Below, in pieces: positions 38,071 to 51,234 of a DNA stretch of 64,000 nt. The notes under the pieces were generated by a model. It saw only the letters and a list, made by a program, of their open reading frames with translations. It was not told the origin of the DNA and did not search any database. This stretch comes from Narcine bancroftii. Its lineage: Eukaryota. Both the position numbers and the translations under genes were made by a program. Positions within the stretch are counted from its first letter, which is position 1; each line of letters begins with the position of its first letter. The DNA is taken from NCBI RefSeq assembly GCF_036971445.1, contig NC_091470.1, positions 248,310,001 to 248,374,000 on the forward strand, given 5' to 3'.

Positions 38071-39939
38071 AAAAAGACAAAAAGGAAGGTGTCTCCAAAG
38101 GGCTGTTCACTGGATTGTTAACCTTCATCTCTGAATACGATATTAAACTTTGGTAGCGAAAATACAACTACCCATTTGGTACCACTGAATAAAACAACAT
38201 GCTCATTTAAAATGGTATTCAGGCACATCATTATTTTATACTTGCACCTCAATAAATAACTGAATTATTTCAATTTATAATGGCATTTTCATGCCTGCAT
38301 TTACTTTCTCCTGATCAGTCGCTTTGAGTGATGTTCGCAACTTTTTCTTTTGTTAGCGGTTTCAAGCTGGAGGAAGCTATATTAAGGTGGCCCAGGGAAA
38401 TAAAGATAAAAATACCCCATTGTGGACAACTATTTAAGTTGTGCAGATCTCAAAACCAGGCCTTAACCCCAACAAATCAACTCTAGCTTTCTTTAAGATG
38501 TATACTTATTGAATGTAATTAACCAAGCTGCAGATAGTTGTTTATTAGGTGCTGGGAATTAGCTCTTGAACCACAAAAAAGACTGAAAGACAGGTAATGG
38601 CTTGTAGCAAGATATTTGGTGGATGAAGCCTGGTTTGATTCGGTTAAAGTGAGTCCCATACTCCAGTGAAATCTTTAGGTTACAGACTTGAAATTCAGTA
38701 GTTCTGGTCTTGTGAACTTAAATCTGTCAACACTCCCTTATATCCCCATCGTCAGTCTGTTAACATCTGCTGTTGGCACAAAGCACCAGGGATTCTTTGC
38801 TCTTGTGTGTTCCAGTTTTTTTTTTCACAGCTTTACATACTTCTTAATTAATAGCAAAGTTAAGATGTAATTCAAAGTGTCAGGGGAACAAAATCTGTAA
38901 ATTGGAAGAAATGGTTTACATACTTTCATATGTTCTAGTGAAGGAATAGTTCTAAATCTGAAAGGCCAACATGAATCATTGGGTCCCTTCAATTTCATAT
39001 GTAATTCTAATTGAAATGTTTGTTAATCCACACTAACTGTGTTCAAGCTGTGCCAATAATTATACACAGCAGCATGGGGTATGAAAGTCACAGAAAGTTT
39101 TTCAGCTAGTGAAGCATTACACATTGCTCTTGTACTGCCCTGTAACCTATTACAATAACATTATTGTCTGCCTGACTTTGATTGCCACTCTGTTAAGTGA
39201 AGAATGTAGCTGACTTCATGGCTGAATGCTGGCACTTTGAACCAATGGTATTTCCAGTTTTATCAAATAGGGAAAAAACAATGCATTTCCTTCTCTCAAC
39301 CAGAAGTCGCATTGCATCCAAACATCGGGAGATGCATGGTTAGTCTTGATATATAAATGACTGATCCCTTGCATTATATATCACCAAGTCCTCAAGGATT
39401 CAAGTTTTATTTAATACATAGGCCACGTTAATTTATTTATGAAGACAAAATGTGAATTTCCTGTATTGGGATCTTCAAGTGCAATTTGTCACACAGCTAA
39501 ATGATGTATTCTTATTCATCTCACTCAATTACAAAGTCATTGCTCTGTGTTCTGTATGTTTGTTAATGAACAGAAATTTGTCTGTTGGTGTAATAATACT
39601 GCTGTTATCAGTGATGGTAGCAGTAATGACTTCTTTAGATTGCGCTGTTTTTTTAGCCACCTGCCAAAATGTGAAAATTATATATTAACAGATTGCTGTT
39701 TAATGTACAATTTCACATATGCTGGTGGACGGATAGAGAGAGTATGACTGTAAGGTTGGGGTTGGGGAGGGTTGTTCATGTTTCTAATCCATGTGTTGAA
39801 CTGTAGACAAAGCTTACTTTACTTATTATAAAACCATTAAAATGTTGGGATTTGTGCTGACAAAAACAACATTTCCAATTCCTATAACATGGAACAATAT
39901 GGGCACCTGCAATGGTCATGTAAACGTCGAGGAGTACAT

Positions 39940-40710
39940 GAGCTCAGTGACTTGAAGTGCATTGAGGGTGTCACCAAGATCAAAATACTTCTCAACCAGG
40001 GCTCAGCAGAAACCATGGTTGGCTGCAGAGGTCCAGGCTCTTCTCAGAACTCACGATGCTGCTTTCAGATAAGATGAAATGAGGATCATCTTCAACTCAT
40101 CACTGCAGCAGTCCATCATTCTCATGGGTTTCAAGATAGCTACCATCATCCTGGAACCAAAGAGGGCAACAGTGACAGGCCTCAATGACTACTGCCTCAT
40201 GGCACTAACCTCCTCCATTATGAAATGCTTTGAGCGTCTGCTAATGGAATGCATCAAAGTGAACCTCTCAGAGACACTGGACCCATTTCAATTCATCTAT
40301 AGATGAAACTGTTCCACTAATGATGGTATAGTCATGTCTCTCCACTCTGACCTGGCTCAACTAGAAAACAACGCCTCATACTCCATCCAGCCTGTTGTTC
40401 ATCGACAAAGGGTAGTGGAGAAGCTGTCCTCGCTGGGACTCCTTGGATCGGAGATCAATCCACAAGAGCATAGGAGTTGCAGACAAGATAACTTGGGTCT
40501 CTCCCTGCACCCCCCCCCTCCATATTGATGTGATTTACTGGGATTGTTGTTTGAAGAGGGTGCACAAATTAGTTGAGGACTCCTACCACCCCACACACAG
40601 CATCTTTCAGCTTCTATTGGGAGAGAGATCCAAGAGTATCAGAGCCAAAATCACTATGCTGAGAAACAGCTTCCCACGGGCACTGAGACTGCTGAATGAC
40701 CCCATTCCAT
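39940..40710 (+). mobile_element. Rex1/Babar-like LINE fragments with internal deletions
   Basis: ORF 40079-40306: IFNSSLQQ..FKIATII..PK..LNDYC.MALTSSIMKCFERL..LDPFQF. Confidence 0.8.
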
Positions 40711-40729
40711 GCTAATAAATCCAGCCATG

Positions 40730-41435
40730 TATGCTTTCGGTGGTGTACCTGCAGAGGTTGTTGAGAAACAATAGGGATGTTGAACTTCCTTCTTCTGAGA
40801 AAGTAGAGGCATTGGGGCACTTTCTTGACTGTGGTTGTCCCATGTTGGTGATCTTATTCCTAAGATTTTGAAGCTATTTACTCTTTTCACTTCAGTGCCA
40901 TTAACGTGGAGAGCGGTGTTGTCTCCCCACACCCCTTCCTGAAGTCAATCCTTCATCTCATTGACATTGAGGGACATTAAACTTTCAATCACTTTCCTGT
41001 ATTTCATCTCATGATATTTCATCTGCGACTGTGGTGTCATTGGTGAATTAAAAGATGGAGTTAGAATGGTATTTGGTTGTACAGTCATGGGAGTAGAGGA
41101 AGTATAACATGCCCCTTGAGGAGTGCTGTTGTTGAGTGTGATCCTTATTACCCATCTTCATTAATTACATTCTGTTAGACAGGAAGTCAAGTATATACTT
41201 GTAGAATGGCGTGCTGAGGACTACATCCTGAAGTTTTGGGTTAAACTTGTGAAAGCAGAGCGGTAGTCTCTGATCAGAAGTCTATCATATTTGTCCTTGG
41301 CACCTAAGTGTGCCAGTGCCCAGTGGAGAGCAAGGGAGATGGCATCTACTATGGATCTGTTTGGATAGTAGGCAAATTTAAGTGGTTCAAAGGTGGATGA
41401 TGGGATAGAGATTATGTGAACCATGACCAGCCTCT
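40730..41435 (-). mobile_element. Rex1/Babar-like LINE fragment
   Basis: Minus ORFs FAYYPNRSIVDAISLALH..DYRSAF and LHVNGTEVKRVNSFKILG. Confidence 0.75.
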
Positions 41436-43884
41436 CTTTCTTTTTAATATATTTTTATTGATTTGGAAGAGAGAAATAGTACATATTACATAGTGAACAT
41501 ACAATAATCGCACAGCTGAATACAATACAATGCAGAATAAGAATCATTAATAATTTATACATTGTCTTGTACACAGTGTTCAAATACAATAGAAATTCCC
41601 TTAGGGAAACTTCAGCTCGTATTCTATTCTTAGAACGTATTCATGATGAATTGTCTAATTAAAATTATCTATTTATAAAGAGAAAAGAAGGAAAAATAAA
41701 AGGAAAAAAGAGGGCTCTCAGAGTGATTCCTGATGGCAGATGACAGAGCCATTGGTCAGTGATCATTTAGACTAGGGAACTCAAAGTTTTTAGACCCTCA
41801 ACCCCTTCATGGAATGCTTGATCCTTCATCAACCTTCCAGGCATGGAATGCCGGCGCTGGGGTTAGGGGTGAGAGGGGGTGTGATGGAGGTGCTGGACGG
41901 TGGTGGTAGTACAAAGAACACATACATCTTTCTTCTGCACTCAGTCCATCCTCCCGTTCACTCTCAATTTATTCAAAGGCTGAAGCCAAATTCAACATGG
42001 CAACCACCAAGAACCACTCTCGCCAGAGCTTGGCTACCACTGCCATAGGCAATATTTTCCATTAATCTACCCCTGCTTTCCACCGCAAAAGTTCAATTGA
42101 TCCTGAACCCCCCCCCCCACCCCGGCATTATTGACCACCCTTTGACTCCTTGGATAGTCCCATTGACCCCCCCCCCCCCATGGGTCAATATCGACTACTT
42201 TAGAGACCTCTGATTTAAATGTATTATTTTGCTTTTCTTTGGTACTGGTATGATTGTGGCCTTCTTGAAGCAAGTGAGGATTTCATCCTGCTGCAGGGTG
42301 ATATTAAAGATACCTTTGAATATGTCAATCAGGTGATCTACGCAGGCATTCAAGACACATCTCGGAACTCCTTCTGGACTAATCGCATTCCACTGGCCAT
42401 CCTGATCCCAGCAGCTGTGACCATGGCTGCCACAGCACTCATATGATTGATATTGATGTCACCTCCCTGCTGGCTGGCTCCCTATTCAAAGCGATCATGG
42501 AACATACTAAACATGTTGGGGAGTGTTGCATTATTACATGCTCTACTGCTCAGCTTTATCTTTGCACTCTCTGATAGCGTGCATGCCCTGTAATAGTTGC
42601 CTCATGTCAATGATATTTTCTTGGGTGTCGTGCTTGTTGCAGCACCTTCTCTCGCCTTCTTTTGGTGTGCCTGACAATTCTTCTTTGGGGAGGCCTGTGT
42701 ACAAACTTGATGTAAAATATATTTTGGTATGCTGTAATGGTGGAAGTCTTGCCCAACACAATTTTGGACCAGTTATACCTGGTTGTGTAATATTTGTCCT
42801 GCAGTTGTAACTAGTCTTGTGTGATTTTCACTCATACTCCCATCAATTTGATTAATGCTTCTTTGCAGCTTTCCAACAAAAATAAGTTTTGAAAGTCATG
42901 ACCTTCAAACTTTTGTTCTTTAACTTCATTGTGAAACCAGAAGCACATCCTGGAGTAAGTCATCAGGCAGACACGAATCCAAGTGATTGGGACATCAATG
43001 TTTTGGTCCCTGCAGAGTCTTTACTGCTCTGTACATTGCAATCATCAGTGCTATGTCTCACAGTGCCTAATGAATATAATCACAGCACACCTATCAGTTG
43101 CAATTTCAGTAGCTGTGTCTTACAGCGACTAGGGATCACTTGCAGCAGGGGTCTTGATTGGTGCCAGCAATGGCTCGTATGTTGCTCATGACACATGTTC
43201 CCCTAGCACCACACCCTGTTCTCTCTCAGTTCCAGCACAGCTTGCACCGCTGCCTCTGGCTTCCAGGCAGCTTGTATGAAGCAGTTGCATGCTCAGCGGC
43301 TGCTGGGAAAGGCACAACCACCATTCTAACCAAGGAAAATGGACACAAAGCTGGCTGAAAAGTGTTTAAAAGGTAAATTTCACCTACTGAACTCCCCTAG
43401 ATGCTGGATCATGAAATACATTCAAGGTTTTTTTTAAGTATGAGGGGAATCAAGATTTTTTGACAATCAGATAGGGAAGTGGAACTGAGATTTAAGATGA
43501 GCTATGATTTTGTGCCTCAAATCTATTATCAGAGTAGATGGACATACAGATAGGCATGGATGCAGTGGACCAAATGACCCATTTCTATACTGTACAACTG
43601 CATGAATCTAGACTCTGTGATCTTATAGAAGAGTAAAGCAGGCTGTGGAGGCTAAATTATCTTCTCCTACTCTTCTTATGGGCTGTTATAAAATGTAGTT
43701 GTGCTCACGTTGAAACAAAGCACCATGAAGAAGTTGATCAGTGCACTGATCGAGATCATACCCTCTGGAGAGAGTGAACAGTGAATGGTTTATTATTGAT
43801 GATATCATCGATAATTGGGAAGACATGGACAGGAAACTCTGACAATACATCACCTGAGAAGGATCAACAACTTTCAAAGCCAAA

Positions 43885-44129
43885 AAGGCCGAGATCGAAA
43901 AGTTTTGAAGTCAGTAAGCTGGTTTCATTAGGCTTATCAGATTCAGCTTTTGTTAGAAACGATAATCATAGAGTCATACAGCACAGAAATAGGTCCTTCA
44001 TGCACAAGGTGACCATTGATACCATTTCCATTTGGTTGTTCTTGGTCCATCATCTTACAAGCCTTGGTGACTCAAGGGTCCAGCTAGATTAGTGAGAGCC
44101 TCTGTCTCCACCAACCCCTCAGGCACTGT
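43885..44129 (-). repeat. Left arm of a 245-bp inverted repeat (derived copy)
   Basis: Reverse complement of 45148-45392; about 13 mismatches and no indels by hand count. Confidence 0.95.
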
Positions 44130-44331
44130 GTGCGGAACTAGAAGAAAAGAGAAGTAAATGGAAAGAGAAGCAGCAACAACCAAAGCCCGATCTGCCATCT
44201 AGAAGTACCTGTCCTGAATACGGAAGATCTTTCAAAGCCAAAATTGGACTCATCAGCCATTTGAGAGCCCATAAATAGATCAACGGAACAAAGTCCATCA
44301 TCCTCGACCTTGAGGGGTAGCCACAACGATG
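44130..44331 (+). mobile_element. Older RTE-clade LINE 3' end, a different family from copies 1-3
   Basis: Encodes ..CPEYGRSFKAKIGLISHLRAHK*; 3' hairpin CCTCGACCTTGAGG; tail ACAACGATG; candidate TSD ATTATTGATGA. Confidence 0.8.
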
Positions 44332-45147
44332 ATTATTGATGAGTACTCTATATTCTCAGTTTGGCAACTCATTGCCAATCAAACTGGGATAAACTGGTTT
44401 CCTAGTAAATTATAGAATTAATATAATCTATAGTATCTTCTGTTACTGAAACATGATGCAGTGTATTAATGATAGATTTATAACTTGTTAATGATTACTA
44501 ATCATTATTAACCTTAAACAAACTTTAATATTTTGCAATGTTAAAAATGAAGAAGCGCAAGAGCTGTTATTATTCAGAATTAATGGGCATCCCCACAACT
44601 CAACATGTTAAATGCTCAGACAAATACTTTAATGGTTGATATCTATTTCAAGCATTTTTTGTGCTTTGTGCAATCTTACTTCATAAATGCCAATTTATAC
44701 AGAATTTCCAAGCTAATGGAATGAAACTAATATTCTACTATTATTCATGGTATACACACCATGTTTTTGCAGATATTTTGAATTGATCAAAATTATTCAT
44801 TCCAATTTGTCCAGGGGATAAAACAGTGATAATCTCTTCTCACTTTTGTTAATTTTCTCTCCTGTTATCCTTCTCTGGAGCTGATTCCTCTTTCTCCATG
44901 TTCCATTCTCCATACGGACCTTGTTGTGGGAAATAATTGACCTTTGGCTTTCAGAATCAAACTTATTCTTGCCTGAAACTTGGCCTCTCAGTGGTCAACC
45001 TGTCACTTTTTCCCCATCCTCCTATCCCTATCCCAAAATAGTCTAATCCTCCTGGACTATTTTCGGAATGTTTAATAGAGGCTTAGGATAAGGAGTAAGG
45101 TGTTTAGAAGGGATATGAGAAAGGAATTTTACATCCAAAGGTGGAAT

Positions 45148-45392
45148 ACAGTGCCTGAGGGGTTGGTGGAGACAGAGGCTCTCACTAATCTAGCTGGACC
45201 CTTGAGTCATCAAGGCTTGTAAGATGATGGACCAAGAGCAACCAAATGGAAATGGTATCAACGGTCGCCTTGTGCATGAAGGGCCTATTTCTGTGCTATA
45301 TGACTCTATGATTATTGTTTCTAGCATAAGCTGAATCTGATAAGCCTAATGAAACCAGCTTACCGGCATCAAAACTTTTCAATCTCGGCCTT
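45148..45392 (+). repeat. Right arm of the inverted repeat (CR1 3' end plus about 80 bp of non-TE flank; source copy)
   Basis: CR1 homology continues upstream of this arm to about 45060, so this is the native locus. Confidence 0.93.
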
Positions 45393-45834
45393 GTGGTGAT
45401 TCTATTGCCGAAATTTTCAGACATTTTGCCCACTCATTTGTGAAGCAACTTTTGGGTCATTCTTCCTGGTACAATGAACCATTGCTGCAATCCTCCATGT
45501 TTCTACAGTGTACCATAGTTATTGCGCCCTCATTCTACTGAAGAAACAGTGGTCAGGTTAGGGGAAAACTGTGCAAATCCCAGAGTTGTTGAGCAATAAA
45601 CTGAAGTAATAAAATAAATCCAGAATTAAAATGTTGGCATCATTATTCATTTTTCAGTGACCAATGACTTATTGCTCAATTTTGATTGTTCCTTGATAAA
45701 GTGTTTGTAACTGAATGGCTTGTTGTTAAGAACTAACTACATGATGAACCAGATGAGCTTCATAACAATGCACCAATTTTTTGTAGTTATTATTTCTAGG
45801 AATAATAATTTTTCCACGTTATTAATGAATTGCA

Positions 45835-46420
45835 TCACAGTGGCATTGCAAGTAGAGCTATTGGCTCACAGCACCAGAGACCAGGGTTCAGTTCTGATCT
45901 GCTGTTGTCTATCAGGAGTTTGTATGTTCTCCCTGTGACAGTGTGGGTTTACCCCAGGTGCATCCCAAAGATGAATGGGTTTGTAAGCTAATTGACCTCT
46001 GTAAATCACCCCGAGTGTGTAATTATGTGGTACAATCTAGGGGAGTGGATAAGAATGTGAGTAAAATTTAAAAATAGGAATAGTGTAAGTATATGTGTGA
46101 AACACAAAAGTCTGCAGTTGTGATTGTAGTAAATACACAAAAATATTGGAGAAATTCAGTAGATCCCACAGCCTCCATAGGAGGCAAAGATATATAGCCA
46201 ATGTTTCAGGCCTGAGCCTTTCAAGGTATCCACAAAAAGCAGGCAGGTGCCTGAATAAAAAAGTCAGGGGAGGAAGGAAGAAGGAGCAGGTGGAGGGGCA
46301 CATGCCAACAGCCAAGAGGCCATAGGTGGACCTGGATAGCAGGGCAGGAGAATAATGTAGGATTAGTGTAAATAAATGGTGCGGACTCAAATGGAAGAGC
46401 CTGTTTCCATACTGCATCTC
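45835..46420 (+). mobile_element. tRNA-derived SINE split by a Penelope-like fragment
   Basis: CACAGTGGCATTGCAAGTAGAGC...CAGGGTTCAGTTCTG...GAGTTTGTATGTTCTCCC; the tail resumes near 46350. Confidence 0.65.
46098..46340 (-). mobile_element. Penelope-like terminal repeat remnant
   Basis: Reverse complement: CCTTGAAAGGCTCAGGCCTGAAACATTGG...TGAATTTCTCCA...TGCAGACTTTT. Confidence 0.6.
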
Positions 46421-47444
46421 ACTAAAACTCCTTGGTTTAATGAATTCCCACATCTGGAGCATCCAGAGGATACCCACATGGCCACAGGGCCAAATTATGA
46501 AATTCACTCTGACTCTGCAGGGATCATGATGGAACCTGGGTCTCTATCACTAAGGGACAGCAACTCTATTAGCTGCATCACCTTGATTTAAGTAATGTTG
46601 GAGCAAGTTATTCCTTTCTTTAATCTGTGACCCAGAATTCACTTGCAACCATCCAGCCTGCTCCATGCCTCAAGCCCCAAGATTGGCTGGAGTTTCATTC
46701 AGCCAGGGGCATCCATAATCTCGGCTGTCCAGGTGCGCAAGCTACCTTGGGGACTGGACCATTGAGTAGTGAGGTGTTACAGGCAGGGAGATTTCATCTC
46801 CCAGCAGCATGTGGTGAAAAGCTGACTCAGGGATTGGCATGCCATTCTGCCAATCAGAGGGTAAACAAAACCAAACAGTTACTCTAGCGCATCGGACTGT
46901 CCAACACATTATTTTCTCCAAGTAAGTCGGATTATGAGTTACACTTGTTCGGCCCGGTTTTTTAACCTCACCTCCCCTCCTACCTTTATTCATAATTCGG
47001 TACAGGTGTCCCTTGTGTCTCATCTTGTCAAGTTAGGGAAATGTGCCCTTACAGAATTCACAAATAGTTGCCCATAAATTTGTTAATTCATGCTCATGCA
47101 ATCCACGTGAAAATAAAATCAATAAGTAAACACAACTTTTCCAGTCGGGAAGAATGTCAATGATGGCACGATTCAGGACACTTGAAAGACAGGAGATGTC
47201 ATAAATTTAGTCAAAAAGGGAAAGGAAGTTTATGTGAGGTTTGGGAAGCTGAAATCAGACAGGCACTGTAAGAAATATAAAGGAAACAGGAACAAACTCA
47301 AACAGAGCACCAGGAGGGCCAAAAGGAAACCTGAAATGTCCTTTGCAAATGGAATGAAGGAAAATTCTTAGACATGCAAGCATTAGCACAAAGCAAGGGA
47401 GAGTTTAGGGAGAGGGAGTGCCATTCAAGGGGGAAATTCGAAAC

Positions 47445-48282
47445 ACAGTCAAATACTATCTACAAATTTGCTGATGACACCATGGTTGTTGGCAGAATCA
47501 CAGATGGCACTGAGGAAGAGTACAGGAGGGAGATAGATCAGCTTATTGAGTGGTGTCACAACAACAACCTTGAACTCAACATTAGCAAAACCAAGGCGAT
47601 GATTGTGGATTTCAGGAAGAAATCAGGAGAACACGAAGCAGTCCTCATCGAGGGGTTAGCAGTGGAGAGGGCCAAGAACTTTAAATTCTGAGGATTTGTT
47701 CTGGAGCCTCCAGGTTGATGCAATCACAAAGAGTGCCTGTCACTGCCTGTACTTTGTAAGGAGTTTAAGGAGATTTCGGTATGTTACTGAAGATTCTCGG
47801 AAACTTCTGCTGGTGTACCATGGAGAGCAGTCTGGCTGGTTGTACCACTATCTGGTATGGAAGTGCCAATGCACAGGACAAGAGAAAACTCCAGAGGGTT
47901 GTTAATTTGGCCTGCAACATCATGGGCACCAGACATCACTCCATTTGTGGACATCTAAAAGAAGCAAAATCTTTAAAAAAACAGCCTCTATTCTCAAGGA
48001 ATACCACCACCAGGCCATGCCCTCTTTACTCTACTGCCATCGGTTAAAAAGTACAGGAGCCTGTAGATGAGCACTCACTGGCACAAGGACAGCTTCGTCC
48101 TCTCTTCCGTTGGATTCCTGAATGAAGAATCAACCATAGACTCTACCTTGCTTTGTCTTTCTCTATTCTTGCACTATTTTTATTTATTTTTGTAACTTGG
48201 TTTATATAAATGTTTGCACTGTGATCCAGCCACAAAACAAGAATTGTGTGACATGTTCATGACAATTCTGATTCTAATTCTG
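47445..48282 (+). mobile_element. Rex1/Babar-like LINE 3' part, preceded by a CR1 fragment at ~47165-47435
   Basis: IYKFADDTMVVG..LNISKTKAMIVDFRK and KLQRVVN; tail GACAATTCTGATTCTAATTCTGA. Confidence 0.88.
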
Positions 48283-48319
48283 AAATGTACAGTATTCCTG
48301 GAGCCAGAGGAAGTGGTAG

Positions 48320-49365
48320 AACATATAGAACATAGAACACTACAGCACAGTACAGGGCCTTCACCCCTTGTTGTTGTGCCAACCCATATATTCCTTCCAA
48401 AATAAAGCACTAAACCATTCTGGCCTCGAATCCTCTATTTTTATTTCATCCAGGTACCTGTCTAAGAGTCTCTTAAATCCCCCTAACGTTTTAGCCTCCA
48501 CCACCATCCCTAGCAAGGCATTCCAGGCACCCACAACTCTGTATAAAAAGATTATCCCTAATGTCTCCCCTAAACTTCCCTTCCTTCATTTTGTTCAGAT
48601 GGCCTCTAGTATTTGGTATTCCTTCCCTGGGAAAAAGATGCTGGATGTTCACCTTGTCTATGCCTCTCAGAATATTGTAGACCTCTAGTCACTGACTCCA
48701 GACAGAATACTTTCTGTCCACTTTCTAAGGGAAAGCTGATTTTTACTCCACGCAGCCAAGGTTCCAAGGATTCCATGCCTCATGACTTTCTGAATGTGCC
48801 TCTCATGGAGGCCATGTTAAGTGCCTTACTAAAATCCATATAGACCCCATCCACCACCCTACCCTCATCAATTTCTTTTCTTACCTCCTCAAAGCACTCA
48901 GTTAGGCTCGTGAGGAATGACCTTCTCTTCACAAAGCCATGCTGACTATCCTAGGGCAGACTGTTCTTCTCCAAATGCTCATAGATCCTATCCAATTCTC
49001 TGGCACTTCCCCAATGGCCAAAGAGCACACTCAGATCATAGCCACTGCCCCATCTATCTCTGCCCTCACTTCCCACAGCAACCTGGGGTAGATTGCAACT
49101 GGCCCTGGAGATATCAATCTTAATGTTTTAAAGAAGATCCAATCCTTCCTCCTTCTTAACTTCATCATCAACCAGCACACAAGCCTGTTCTATTCCATCT
49201 TCACCCTGATTAAGGTCCTTTTTCCCTTGTGAATACTGAAGGGAAGTATTCATATAGAACCTCCTCAACCTCCTCTGCCTCTATAGGCACATGTTGCCTC
49301 CTTTATCCTATAGCAGCCCCATCTTCATTCGTGTCATCCTTCTGTTCTTCACATGCGTATAGTGC
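48320..49365 (-). mobile_element. CR1 fragments (3' end at 48320-48690; internal part at 48720-49365)
   Basis: ACATAGAACATAGAACACTACAGCACAG tail; GCCTTACTAAAATCCATATAGAC and CACAAAGCCATGCTGACT (reverse complement of the DFSKA and QHGF codons). Confidence 0.8.
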
Positions 49366-49506
49366 TACCAAGGGGGAAGAACATAGAGGAAAGTGTGTTA
49401 ATTGTAGGGTTTACTAATTTGAGAGCATGTTAATATAATGAATGAGGAACTACTGGGTCCTCTGCAATAGATGTCCCCACAGCCAAACAGGAAAAATTTC
49501 AAGTTA

Positions 49507-50116
49507 CAGATAGACCCCAACTTATGATGTTCTGACTTACGATATTTTAAAGTTACGATGATCAGAATCCATTTTGAATAAAGGAAAGTCAGAGTTGACC
49601 TGTATCAATGTGGTTTCTTTTACTTCGCTGAAGGAAATGCTTCCATCCAAACAGCGTACGCAGATCGCTTCCCACCATCACTTTTCTCCCCCCTAAACGT
49701 CATCATTTCAGTGCTCCTCTTGTAGTGACGTCAAGGAAACATGCTTTGATGGACCCAACGCTGTTTTTTTAAAAGAAGATGTTTTGGAATGCATGCGCAG
49801 ATTGTCGTCGCTGAGAAGGAAAAGAGATTGAAGAGGGAGAGAGTGCGACACCAATTTGTGCGTTCGTTCCAAATCACAATGTAGGTCGCGAGGTGACACC
49901 GCTGCCCCTAGTTATCCAGCGCCACCTCAGGCTCCTGGCAGGAGCGGCTAGGGAACATCAGCCTCCCAGCAAGAGTGGGTCAGGAGACATCGGCCTCCTG
50001 GCAGGGACAAGGCCGTATGCTATCTGAACAGGTGGACCCCGACTTATGATAATTTCAATTTACGATGCGAGTCCAGGAACCAAACCCTATACGTATATAG
50101 GGTTTATCGGTACCTG
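49507..50116. mobile_element. Tigger/pogo-like non-autonomous transposon with TA TSDs, inside a CR1
   Basis: TA|CAGATAGACCCCAACTTATGAT ... TCGGTACCTG|TA; an internal second left-TIR copy at 50029; CpG-rich interior. Confidence 0.75.
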
Positions 50117-50730
50117 TATTGAGAGAGGTAAGAGAGGAGATGATGGGGGCTTGACAGAAATCTTTGTATCCTCTCTTGTCACAGGCAAGGTTCCAAATGA
50201 CTGGAGAGAACCCAGTTGTTCTTTTGTTTAAAAAAGGGAAAGGGGATAATCCTGCAAATAGTAGGTCATGGAGGATTACAGTAGTAGAAGGCAAGCCACT
50301 GGAGAGGATTCTTAGGGACAAGAATGATTTGCATTTGGAAATGCATGAGTTTATTAGCATTAATCAGCATAGCTTGGTACAGGGTAGGCCCTTTAAGTTT
50401 TTTCAGGGAGAGAATAAAGATGATTGATAAGGGTAGGGCTGAGGATGTTATGTTCACAGATTTCTGTAAAGCTTTTGACAAGCTCCCTCATAGCAGACTG
50501 ATCCAAAAGATTAAAGCACATAGTGAGTTGGTAAACTGGATCAAAAATTGGCATGGCCTTAGAAGTCAGAAGATAATGGTGGGAGGTTGTTTTTTTGATT
50601 GGAAGTCTGCGACTAATTGCATTTCAGGAGGACCGGTGCTGGGATCTATATGGTTTGTAATTTATATATAAATATATGACAAAAATGTTGGTTACCTGAT
50701 TAGTAGGTTTGGAGATAATGTGGTTCGTGA
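50117..50730 (+). mobile_element. CR1 ORF2 fragment (continues from ~49460-49506)
   Basis: VVLLFKKG, LERILRD, DFCKAFDKLPH and GPVLG motifs. Confidence 0.85.
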
Positions 50731-51234
50731 GAAAGTTATCTTCTTTTAAATTTGCTTCTGCATAGATATTTCCAAGCTGACTAGTCCAGAAGACATGGTG
50801 AATTAGTAATGACCTTGAACTTTATTGCATTTTTTTGTAATCTCCAGATATTCCAAATCACGTCATAGCCAGAGAAATCCCTTGAAGTGGCAATATGCAA
50901 AACAAGGTAGTCAATAAAGTGCAAAGAAGGGATTGTGATAATAATGAAATATTGTATTCTTTATGATGAAGATTATCTCTAGATAGAACATCCCTGAAAC
51001 TCTTTCATAGAATCATCGAATAATATAACAGGGAAACAAGCCCATCTCCTCATTATGTACACTTACTCATTGAACACCCATCCTACACTAGGGGGAGAGA
51101 GAGAGAGATTTGGATTGGCTACTTGGGTTCTTTTTGGGGTTGCATTGGGATTAATGTGAGGGGCTCCTAACCTTGGAGTGAGGTGGTGTTGATAATGATG
51201 GTGCTTTGAGCATCTGAGACATCAACCAACAGGA

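Noticed and set aside
41436-42060. Possible L1/Tx1 3' end on the minus strand (T-rich start TTTTTATTG)
   Set aside because: No coding motif confirms it, so it is left unannotated.
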